The position numbers and the translations under genes are program-made. DNA of 64,000 bases from Lingula anatina (taxonomy: Eukaryota; Animalia; Brachiopoda). Below are positions 15,001-26,695 of this stretch, piece after piece. Where the stretch lies: contig CM120641.1 in assembly GCA_051362555.1 (NCBI GenBank), forward strand, positions 24,000,401 through 24,064,400, in the 5' to 3' direction. The notes under the pieces are model-generated. The model did not search any database and was not told the origin of the DNA. It saw only the letters and a list, made by a program, of their open reading frames with translations. Positions within the stretch are counted from its first letter, which is position 1, and each line of letters starts with the position of its first letter.

Positions 15001-16243
15001 TGGAGAGGGGGGGGGTGGAGAAAGATTTTGCTCTATTTCTTCCTTAATAATGATACAACCACTCTTTCAGTACCTTACCCTCACTACAAATGACCAAACA
15101 CACCTACCTGACACAATATTGAAGAAAAAAATTTTTCATCCCTACCTGGCCAAAATTGAAGAAAACTGCCAAACCCGGACCTTACGAAAATCACTCGAAA
15201 TCACCCAAAAATGACCCGTCACAAATTTTTCCAAAAAGTTATGAAAATCAATTAACCACACCTATCATTCATAAAAAATGTGGAAACGCGACCGGATCAC
15301 TACATTAAAGCCCCCAATTTCAGCTTTAAAGATTGCCAGAAAGCACACCTGAGAACAGGATTTGGAGAGGGGGGGTGGAGAGAGTTTTTGCTCTATTTCT
15401 TCCTTAATAATGATACAACCACTCTTTCAGTACTTTACCCTCACTACAAATGACCAAACACACCTACCTGACACAATATTGAAGAAAAAAATTTTTCATC
15501 CCTACCTGGCCAAAATTGAAGAAAACTGCCATATCCGGACCTTACGAAAATCACTCAAATTCACCCAAAAATGACCCGTCACCAATTTTTCCAAAAAGTG
15601 ATGAAAATCAATTTACCACACCTATCATTCATAAAAAATGTGGAAACGTGCCCAGATAACTTCATTAAAGCCCCCAATTTCAGCTTTAAAGATTGCCAGA
15701 AAGCACACCTGAGAACAGGATTTGGAGAGGGGGGGGTGGAGAGAGTTTTTGCTCTATTTCTTCCTTAATAATGATACAACCACTCTTTCAGTACTTTACC
15801 CTCACTACAAATGACCAAACACACCTACCTGACACAATATTGAAGAAAAAAATTTTTCATCCCTACCTTGCCAAAATTGAAGAAAACTGCCATATCCGGA
15901 CCTTACGAAAATCACTCAAAATCACCCAAAAATGACCTGTCACCAATTTTTCCAAAAAGTGATGAAAATCAATTTACCACACCTATCATTCATAAAAAAT
16001 GTGGAAACGCACCCGGATCACTTCATTAAAGCCCCCAATTTCAGCTTTAAAGATTGCCAGAAAGCACACCTGAGAACAGGATTTGGAGAGGGGGGGGGGG
16101 TGGAGAGAGTTTTTGCTCTATTTCTTCCTTAATAATGATACAACCACTCTTTCAGTACTTTACCCTCACTACAAATGACCAAACACACCTACCTGACACA
16201 ATATTGAAGAAAAAAATTTTTCATCCCTTCCTGGCCAAAATTG
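1..16243. repeat. Tandem satellite DNA array, ~361-bp monomer, ~45 copies, truncated by the left window edge
   Basis: The unit (CGAAAATCACTCAAAATCACCCAAAAATGACCCGTCAC...GGATTTGGAG(G)nTGGAGAGAG...CATATCCGGACCTTA) recurs every 355-367 bp with few substitutions. Length varies mainly in a G-run and a 5-bp deletion variant. The array ends abruptly mid-unit at ...CTGGCCAAAATTG. Confidence 0.98.
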
Positions 16244-17295
16244 GGTTTACATAGTATTAGAAAGAAAAGGGAATTATTCAATTTGAATTGAATTATCCAA
16301 TGTGTTCTTTAACACAAATGATGCATGAAGTAGCTATAAGCAAAGTTTATAGTCTAAGACCCCATTTCCAGAGATTAGATGGATCTACTTTAGATTGACC
16401 TAACTCCCTGGGGGTTCACGCTAAATAGCTGTCAGCCGGGCGGACACGAAAGTTAATTACCCCCCTAACAGCTTGTAGTAGGCGGGACGGACATTTAAGC
16501 CAGATTATCTGACAGTAATCTAGTGAGACTCTCCGCGGGGATAGATCGATCTAAAAACTCTGGGAATACAGCCTAAAGCAACGCATGCATACAGTGTTCA
16601 TAATATCTCGTTTCCCAGCGTTTGAGATCGATTGTGCCCGCTATCACTACTACCGCATCGCAGGACTGGCGTTTCTGTGCAGGGATTGTTATGTGGCATT
16701 GCGTGGGGGAATTTATTATTTATTTACCGTAGAGCGCCGAATGTTTTAATAAACACCCAACGAAAAAAAAGAACAGTTAAATAATATGCTCTCTGATTCT
16801 TATACATGTCGGGGCCTCGTAAACCCAGAAAACAGGCAGTGTGCGAACAATAACTGGGTTTTCGCGGGTTAAAACATCCCCGCGGGCAATCATCGTCCTC
16901 ACGAATTACCTTGTTCCGGAGTCAGGTACCCCCAAGTATAAAGGACTAATCAGCTCATCGAGACATTTACGCTATTCATGTTTGCACAGGGCGGGGAAGT
17001 ACTTGATCCTGTAAACATTTAAGCGTATTAAATCCTGCTTTAATTCTTTGTGAAAGAAGCCCGGTGTCAAAGAACGCACTAGTCCGTGTACAGAGAACGA
17101 GTGCCGCGTGGAAATAAGTTTGGTGTAACCAAGCCCTTCCACTCCTTAGGGTAAGTTATTTTTCTAACCCGCGCCCCCATCAAGGGCTGAGCATTCATGT
17201 GTGAAGTGTAGAACGTACTGAATGCTGACACTAACAAGTCATCGGACCAAGCAGTCGAACCCGCTGAGAGGATTCAGGCCGAAGCCGTGCCTCCC

Positions 17296-17350
17296 ATTGG
17301 CTGCCGGCTAATGAATATTGACAAGGGTGTCGTTAGGGTACAATTATAAA
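17296..17350 (+). promoter_or_regulatory. Putative core promoter of the tolloid gene: inverted CCAAT box (ATTGG 17296-17300) and TATA box (TATAAA 17345-17350)
   Basis: The spacing between the two motifs is typical of a CCAAT/TATA promoter. It lies ~265 bp upstream of the ATG at 17614, inside a CpG-richer region (~16430-17950). Confidence 0.5.
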
Positions 17351-17613
17351 TCTGTCAGGCGCTGGATGTAGAGCTGCAGTACTTCCAGTGCTGTCAGAGC
17401 TTAGCTTGCCAACTTCTCACCGCGGCACTGCTCTTTCTTCCACATCACACAAAATTGGAATTTATGTGGAATCGTGAACCAGCCAGTTGCGTGGGAGAGT
17501 AAACTGCAAAGTATAACGTCGCACATGGAGCACGGAGTGTAAGGAATCAGAAGTGGAATACTTAGCGATCTTGTTTTAACTTGTAGCCCAACTGATTATT
17601 CAAACTATTTAAA

Positions 17614-17761
17614 ATGCTCATTACAGTATTTACATTGAATGCGTTTCTGACATTTTTGGTAAAACACGTGGACGGGAGGTCTAAGAACTCCAGTTTACAC
17701 AATGGTCAACTGTATCCACATAGGACTTCAAATGATCTCTACATGGACCCTTGTAAAGTTG
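17614..17761 (+). CDS. BMP1: Tolloid exon 1: signal peptide and start of prodomain
   Basis: [21 protein letters not shown]...YMDPCKV, followed by donor G|GTAAGT; joins in frame to GAFIGDIAL of exon 2. Confidence 0.85.
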
Positions 17762-20700
17762 GTAAGTTTTCACTTTCTTCTTCTTCTTGAAATGCAGGCA
17801 ATTTAACAATGCGCGTGGAAATGCGTTTAGAGTAGTATAGCACATAATCGCGGGTAATGCGTTTGAAAACTCTGTCATATGCCGTTATTATTAGTAGAGA
17901 AAATGTACGTAGAATAGGCCGACGTGTCAAAATCCGATGATTGACACTGGTCATGAGCCTGAATAGGATATTAGGTTTCAAACTATGTATACACACACAG
18001 GATCGAGAAAATTAAACGTCAACTGTGGCTCTCATAATATTCCCATTAGCGAATTTAATTGAATGGTGTCAAGTTTACCAATAAACTGTAACTACATACG
18101 TATCAAGATCACCCATTGTTGTCTGAAAGAGGTTGTTGAAACTCTGTCCATGGTCGGAATTAAACGTATCATGGATCCATTTAAACACCAGCAGGAGGTT
18201 AAAATAATTGTAAATAATACTTATTAGGTGTGTAAATCACAATGGAGGAAGGAGGAGTACTGGCTCACCCTTTAGGTGTCATAACATGCTCCATTACCTG
18301 GCCATTGTGTGGAGTCACTTCTGTGTCTCTACATAGAAATACAGACATTTCCTATCCACTTGTTCATTTCACACACAGCTTGGCAGAAAGCACACAGTGT
18401 ACATGTAATACTGACTTCATGTATACATCCTGTGGCAAGGCTTCATGGTCTTGCCCCTGTCACTGTCAGGCTAGGGCAACAGGCAGCTAAGGCTCCGTTC
18501 ACATGGAAAATCTATTTTCTAAAATTCTAAAAATCTGTTTTCGGTATCTTGTGATCACGGTCTGTGCCCAGGATACCCCGTGGCATAATTACTGGCAGCG
18601 TGAGCGAGTTACTTCCAAAGCTGTAATTAATTCTCGGCTGCGCTCGGAGGAGATTCTGATACCTTGACGCATCGCTTGCCATCAGATCATGCCGGTTGCA
18701 CTCATATCTGTCGTGTGTATAGCTTCTTCATCTTCTTCGTCTTGTTGTTGCACAAAATCGACAAACACATTTTTCAAAGCAACCGCAACTGCCATTTATT
18801 TTCTAACTTCCTACTGCACATGCGTCACTTGAGGTATCAGAATCTCCTCCGAGCGCAGCCGAGAATTAATTACAGCTTTGGAAGTATCTCGCTCTACGCT
18901 GCCAGTAATTACGCCGCGGGGTATCCAGGGCACAGACCGTGATCACAAGATACCGAAAATAGATTTTTAGATCTTTAGAAAATAGATTTTCCATGTGAAC
19001 GGAGCCTTACTCTGTGGGGAGGAGAACATTTTTACTGAAGTTTTCAAATATATCTTTTGTGTCCACGGCATTATTTACCGTGACCCAGTATTTTATTTCA
19101 GTGGTGCATCAGAAAATAAAAAAAACATCAGAAATCCTGCTAGAAGTCTTAAGAAAGGTCATTGTATAATATTAAAAAAAAAGTAGAATAGATTGGTTTC
19201 ATGGATTTTCCTTATCTTTACGCTCAAGACTGGATTACATAATTTTGTGGTATTTTGAGGTAAAGTTGGTATCTAGACTACCTTTGTAATTTTTAATTTT
19301 TTTTTTTACAAATTTCCAGGTGCTTTCATAGGAGATATAGCATTAGCAAAAGAGGATATACAATTTTTAAAACAAATAATAGACAATAAAAGAGAACCGC
19401 CAAAGTCTGTTCCCGTTATTTCCAGCCATAGAGGAGAAGAAGGCAAGAAACTACATAAAAACATTAGTAAACTCACAAGATCTCGTCTTCACAAAAGCAA
19501 ACGTGGATCAAAAAAACCTCGCAATAAACACAGAAGACAAAGAAACCATAGGAAAAGGTAGGGGGCATAACCTTACTTACATTAAGAACATGAAAAGAGT
19601 TCTGTAAGATAGACATTGTTGATTTAGAGAGTGTGCTCTATGAGACATCCGATTTGCCACATAGTATCATGTAATATTACAAGGGGATTGTTTGATCTCC
19701 ACCACATACTTCTGATATGTGCATGTTCAAATCTGTTTAGATTATTATATTTATAAATATGACTGTGGCACTAAATAAATATCACCTTTTGATGGGGTTG
19801 AGATTTAGAAGTTCTCTTTTTTAGGTATTAGACCACATATTTTAGATATTTTATAAAGAAAACTGGGTTGTTTTGCACTTGTAACTTTCAAAGTTTGGTC
19901 TAATCCCATTCCAATTGTCTAAAAATGGCAAATATTTGCATTTTAGAATTTATATAAAAACTGAATGTATATTGCATGAATAAATTAGGCTATTCATTTT
20001 AGAAATACTTTCCCTGATATCATTTTGTAAATGAATGGATGCTTAAAGAATATTATATTGCAGCCCAATGTGAAGTAATTACTGTTCTATTATGCCAAAA
20101 TGGGGAAATCTAAACAATTTTTTGTAATTGGATCTGACGGCCTGTTTGCAAAGTAGTCTAGACACTCACCTCTGACATTTGTGAAGAATTCATGTACCCT
20201 TGGGGTACCTAGTTCACCTTACGCTCAATGGCAAGAGAAATGGTATCACGCAAAAAAAAAAAAAATATTTTTCTATCAAAAGCCCAGTGTCTTATTTAAT
20301 TGGCAATTAAATCTAGAAATAGTTTCAACTTTCTTTCCTATGTTTAGTTAAAGGTTGTTTCTTAATGTTAGGCACAGGAAACATGGACACTCCAGAACAA
20401 AGAAACAAATGCATCACTCTGTCCACAAAAGAGCGGCCACTGCCAGGCCAGAAAGACTGTGGGATTATGGAGTGATTCCTTATGAGATCAATGCAAACTT
20501 CAGTGGTATGTAATCAGTTTTGATATTCAACACATGAGATATTTCAACAATCATAGGACTGTGAAAGTAAAAAGAAGAGCGTTATTATACATAATTTTTT
20601 TTTTTTTTTTGAAATCTTAACCACCCATAACTAGTTTCTTTGTAAACAAGATACTTGTTGTTAGGCTGTTAAAATTAAAAAGTGTGCATTACTGCCTACT

Positions 20701-23700
20701 CCCACTAATAAGTTAAGCTATTGGTTTCATGCATTTTCTTGGCATTTGTTCACATAATGATATTTGCAGGCTATAAGGCTAGAGGGTTCTTTAATGGCAC
20801 AGCAGGTTTGTATTATTAAACCATTCAATTTTTACTGAAACTGTTACCATGATGCCTTGTGTGCCATTTTAATTTGGTAAAGATACATACAGCACGATGA
20901 ACAGAAGTCATTCTTTTTAGCTCCACTATTGTGTTGTACAAATGCATTGGGACCCCTTTTTTGTGGGAAATATTGGCAAGGATGCTCCCCACTCACCAAA
21001 ATTAAATAAATAAGTTAATAATAAATAACAATAAAAATGTTCCATTTGGAATCGACCCAATTTTTTCATTACTTAGAAAATTTGTTAGTCATTACCTTCT
21101 TGTTAAATGTAATTAATTGTTTTGTGACTGCAAAATGTAACAGATAATGGTAAAAGTTTTTTCAAAATAAGAGTGTGGGATTGAGATGTATGGCATACAG
21201 GTTTACTGTTTTTTTACTTTTTTTCTTAGAAAATTTGATCTCTGGAGAATCTCTGTGTTTTCAGGTCAACACAAAGCTCTATTCAAGCAGGCAATGCGTC
21301 ATTGGGAGAACCACACTTGCGTCACCTTTGTGGAAAAAACAGATGAGGACTACAATTACATTCTTTTCACTGAGAGACCATGTGGGTATGTAATGACAGG
21401 ATAAAATGATGAAAAGGAACTTCTCATAAACACAAAGAGGAAATGTAGAACCAAGGTTTTTTTCATAGATCCCAAAATGAAATGTTACAAATGAAAGTTT
21501 TTCTCATAACACAGGGAGCAATATCCTGAGCAGGGTGAAAAATGAGCTTAAGGAGTTATGATGGGTAGGTTGGATAGATTTGCTCTTGTTGACAGCAAGA
21601 CTGCAATATTCTTGTAAATTGTTCCTTTGATAACACCTGCTTTAAAGTCTGTATGGGAGGAGTCAGGGGCACTTCTGGGGTGGTCTGATGGAGAGCTGTG
21701 GTGTGCACAAACAGCTAGTTTTCTTTCATGTTCATAGTGAGTTATGCCAGGAAATTTTATCTCAAGTGTAAAAAGACATTTGCTGGTGGATTTTAAAAGT
21801 GAAAATGTCAGTTATTTACAGGTGTTCTCATTGTACCAAAAATCTGTTGAATTTTTCCAGCAGACTGCCTGGAAGTTTGAGCGTGTTTGTACCTAGTAGC
21901 CATGACAAATCTAGAAAGCTGAGGAATCCTTATTGCTAGCAAAGTTGGAATATTATATATTTGAGGATTGCTAAAATCTTTGGCACATATTACTGGTGAA
22001 ATGGTTTCTTAAGTTTTGTCTCCCACATGTTGGAGGTGCCCAGCACTTCAGCCCAGATTAGGGACATAGGATCAGATTTACTAATCAAACCTGATATAGT
22101 GGCACAGGAAATAGTTTTTAATTCAATTATCTCAGTGTTTGGCCCATTAAGTGTAGAGGTAGTGATGGTATTTTAGAACAGGGTTCCTTCTCTGTTATCT
22201 CTTTTCTCCTTGAAATGTCCATTCATGTATTTAAACAGACTGGAACATTGTCTTTATGTCTCTGAATTAGTGATAATTTATTTGACTTTCTTTGCTTTGA
22301 AACAGTGAACTCTTTTTGTGCCTGTTTGTAATAAATGGTTCTGAGGTAATATTGTTGAAGTTATTCGTTAATATTTTTGGTACTGGGTTGATAAAATGAT
22401 ATTTAAAAAAATGTATGTGGAATCTGGATTTGAACAATATTGATGAGAAACAATAGAAAACTCAGAAATATTGCTGGCAGTACTCACATGGAATATTACT
22501 TATTTGAAGGTTATTGTCAGATATTTCTGAAGCTCTTAGTTCAATTTTTCTTGTTACATTTCTTTCTTTGGGTGGGTATTTTATTTCACTGCCCTCACAG
22601 TGGCTGTTCTCTTTCAGTTGCTGTTCATTTGTGGGCAAGCGTGGCAATGGACCTCAAGCCATCTCCATCGGCAAGAATTGTGATAAGTTTGGCATCGTGG
22701 TGCACGAGCTGGGTCACGTTATAGGATTCTGGCACGAACACACCAGGCCCGACAGGGATAAAAATGTGCAGATAATTTACGAAAACATTATGCCAGGTAG
22801 GGACTGATTAACAACCTGTCGGCTGACCACTTCTCAATCAGTTCAACTGTTGCCTCCTGCAGGGTTAACTGGAAACTTTCCTGGCTCCCATGATTTAAGG
22901 ATTTAATACATGTCCTCAAACAAATGTCTGTTTACTTTTTGTATTTAGATTGTTATATTAGCTTTAGATGTGCACCTATACTTTGGCCATACCTTAAAAG
23001 AAGTGTGCTTGTATTAAGAAGTATTTATTATACTTTTCCTGTGTTTTTGCTTTCATAAGCCTCAAAGCTGTTCAGGCAGTGGCATATTCACATAACATCC
23101 AGGGGCAGAGACTTCTGTAATTTTATTTTTAACCATGCCAAGTTTGACACTTGTCTAAAATGCCAGGAAGAACTAAAGGGACCTTAAATTAAGTTGTCAG
23201 ATTAATAGTGTCCTGTCTCATGATTGGGATGTTCGGTATGCACAGGCCTGTTTTCCAACCATAGAATGGTACAGATTTATCATGCAAGTTTCTACACAGG
23301 CAGTGCTCTAAATTTTGCTATACAGTCTCTTTGGATAAAACTGTCTTTTAAGGATCTAAATTTATTCTATCCAATTTATAAGAGTGACTTTGGCTTTAAA
23401 AGCGCAGCAGCTGTTAAGCCGGGATAACCCTGTACAAGGAAATATATCAGTAATTTGATGCAATATTGTGTGTGACTTCAAAAAGCGTATGTGCATAACA
23501 CAAGGGCTGGGTGGAATGAGAGAGGTCCCATGTGTATACAGCATGATAGCCTAAATGGGATTTGGTAATTGAATCAGTTAATTAGCTTTCACTCAGTCTG
23601 GTTAATTAATCTTGATGAAGCAGCACGGCCAGGGCTGGTGATTTATTACCCGGGGAGGGGCAGTGGGTTTCACCAGCCTGCATTAACACCGTCACCAGCC

Positions 23701-26647
23701 CTTAGTGTGATGTCCTGTCATACTTTGACATGATGTTGGCATGTAGCTAGTTCAAGAATGTTGTGTATCATTTCATCCATGGCAAGTTCTGCCTGCCAGT
23801 CAGAGAAGTGACAGCTTGTTCTGGCCACAGAAATATTTATCTGCACACCTAGAGTGTATGATCACAGTGTCCAGAGGTGAATACTCTGTATTGTTATTAT
23901 GGTGATCTAGGCACTCCCAGGAGTTGCCCTGCTACTCCAACATACACCAGATGGGGGATAATGAGGAAAACGCACCACAAAATTAGATTTGAATAGAATG
24001 GGGGTATTTATAAAGTGGCACTCATTATTTCGTTACCTATCCAAAGTTTGTTTTTGCTCGCTGGTAACAGAAGTTTATTCACCGAGGCTAGTACAGGGAT
24101 GTTAAACCAAAGTGTGTGGTCTGTGCTAATAGCTCCTTGCTTGTTGGCTGGGGAGTAAATGTTGCTAATGTTGATTTTGTGTTCCACTATTTTTTATTGC
24201 CTTGTCTTGTTAGTTTTATGAGTTAATTCATAGCTGCTGAATAAGTTGTTTTTCACCTTCCTACCTATGTATCAAAACAGTTTCAATAAAAAAATGATGT
24301 AAATCTATCTTGAACTGTTTAAATCAGTTTAAAATAACTTGTTTTTATTATTTTTGCATTGAGTTGATGATAATGTATATATTTTTTTCCTTCAAAGGCC
24401 AAGAGTATAATTTCAACAAGCTCTCAGCAGCAGAAGTGAATTCATTGGGTGAACCTTATGACTTTGCCAGCATCATGCATTATGCAAGGAACACTTTCTC
24501 AAGGGGGACGTATTTAGATACCATTTTACCAAGAAGAGATTCAGACACTCTAACCAGACCTGAAATTGGACAGAGAATCAAGCTCAGTTCAGGGGATATT
24601 GCACAAGCCAAAAAACTTTACAGATGCCCAAGTAGGTTTTTCAGCTCCAATGGAGAAGAAAGTATATTCCAATAACATTGTAACAAGATCATAACAGCTG
24701 TCCAATTCTTCACAGTTTCCCCATACAAGTGCAGGGGGGCTGGGCCACACAAAACAAATTTTTATCAATGCTTGTGGGACCTAGAATTTCACTTTTCAGA
24801 TTTCAGCTTAAATGACTCACAAAGCGTCTGGTCTACTAGAAAATTTAAATTATTCGGTGAAAAAAAATCTATTTGTTCAACAGGTGATGTCGGCCATTAG
24901 TCTTCAGTTGGACGCATATGACTTTGCCCTTTCTCCCAGCAATGAATTAAACCACAGTTTATGTTCATTTTGTTAATGCACAACAGCAGCTAGGGTGCAT
25001 TTGGTTATTGCAGAATTGTGTACAGCTGAAACCTAGATTATCAACACCAATTCCTGAGTGAAGTCTGTCCCCGGTTACATTTAATATCATTACTCTGTTT
25101 ATTTGTGTAAACTAAGAGCTACCCTTGCCCTGCAACCTTGCTGTTTACAGATTTTTGACACATGTCTTTTAAACAAAATTTAGAATGGCATCCTGCAGTC
25201 TTGGTTCAACCTCTGTCTCCTCTGTGTGTGTTTTAAACATAGACAGGAACCAACAGTGGTATATTGGCTGAACGAGTTCATAGCAGTTTTTTTTTAGCAT
25301 TTTACTTCCAAGATTTCTCATCTTTTAATGTTTCATCAGCTAATTTTTTTATTTGTTTTTTGTAAAAAAAAAACTTGAAACTTGACCTTCATTTTGTTTT
25401 GTTTGTTTTTCTAAATTAAAAACGGGTGTTGTAAAGTAACTATGTTGAGTGGGACATAGTGGGGTTTACCGTAATTAAGATGATTCTTCTCAATTTCCAA
25501 GTATCTGGCATTTTGATGTCAACTTGGGTTAATTATCTGTGTCAGATAACAGTATCAGGAGAGAGGAATTTACTGCTTGTATTTATCATGTTTGAAGTGG
25601 GCGATAATAGCTACCCAGTGGCACTTAATCCACTCAGGGGGGTGTGAGTAAACTGACTGACAGCTGCATGATTGACAGCTGGCCACAGGTGAAATTACCC
25701 GTTCCAATGTCTACATCTTGGCCAAAGGAAATCATATGGGCAAAAGTGGGCAATTTAACATGTCTTAAAGTGCCCTGTACATATTTATAACTTATAGCAT
25801 GGAATGTTTTCTTTAAAAAAAGGTCACATAAATTTAGTTTTATCAACATTATCTAAAGTTTAAGCTAGTTCACAATTAATCGGTGCATTTTACATTTCCT
25901 TGTTATTTTATTGAGCATTTAATAAGCATTCAAGTTAATTTTTGGGGTCCTGATTTAACTGTTTTATTGCTGATTTTTCAGTCTGTGGTCGTACTCTCCA
26001 AGAGTCCAGTGGTAAATTTGATTCTCCACAGCATGTTCCGAATGAACAGCAGATCTGTGAGTGGCGAATTTCAGCCACACATGGAGAGAAGATTGTCCTC
26101 AATATTACTGCCATGGACATTCCTTTCTCTGCCAACTGTCAGGAAGGGGATTACGTTGACAGGACAGATCATGTGGAGATAAGAGATGGACATTATGCTG
26201 AATCTCCACTCATAGGTACTGCACTGCTTTTCCACACAACTTGCTCTCACTCAAGATATGAATTAGATTTCGGGTATCTCTAATACTTCAGTTATCATGG
26301 AGCCCCAAATCTCTCTGTTCTTTAGAAATGAAGCTATCAAGGATTGCCTGGTGTCTTCATGTGTCTTTTTTTAACATTTTTACCTTAAATCAGTTTTTTC
26401 CCTCTTGTAATGTGTCAGTTTTTACATGTGATAATTGATCATTTTATTCATTTTCAAACATTATTCTACAGTGATTGTGTCATAATTTTGTTCTTTTGGG
26501 GTTCATTTTGAAAAACTTTTCCATGCAAACATCATAAAAGTCCCCCCCCCCTCCCCCCCCCCCCCCCCCCCCCCCAAAAAAAGAGTTTCAGTAATTTGCA
26601 TTGAAAATTGTGATTACCTGAAACTGGAGATATTCCTTGAACCTTTC

Positions 26648-26695
<48 letters not shown>

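Noticed and set aside
1-16243. CRISPR-like or diversity-generating array
   Set aside because: There are no unique spacers; whole monomers are near-identical, the context is eukaryotic, and no cas or RT gene is present.
27-16254. Dozens of near-identical 65-149 aa ORFs read as a tandem gene family
   Set aside because: They are translations of the satellite monomer. Frames break with homopolymer length, and there is no per-unit promoter, splice or poly(A) structure and no recognisable domain.
16230-16300. The large satellite as the interior of a giant HINE/Helitron like the one at 29274
   Set aside because: No subTIR, hairpin or CTAG-T terminus is visible at the right junction, and the other end lies outside the window.
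16380-17300. tRNA, snRNA or other ncRNA gene in the GC-richer segment next to the satellite
   Set aside because: I could not identify a cloverleaf, A/B boxes or a known snRNA sequence; the segment is better explained as the tolloid upstream region.
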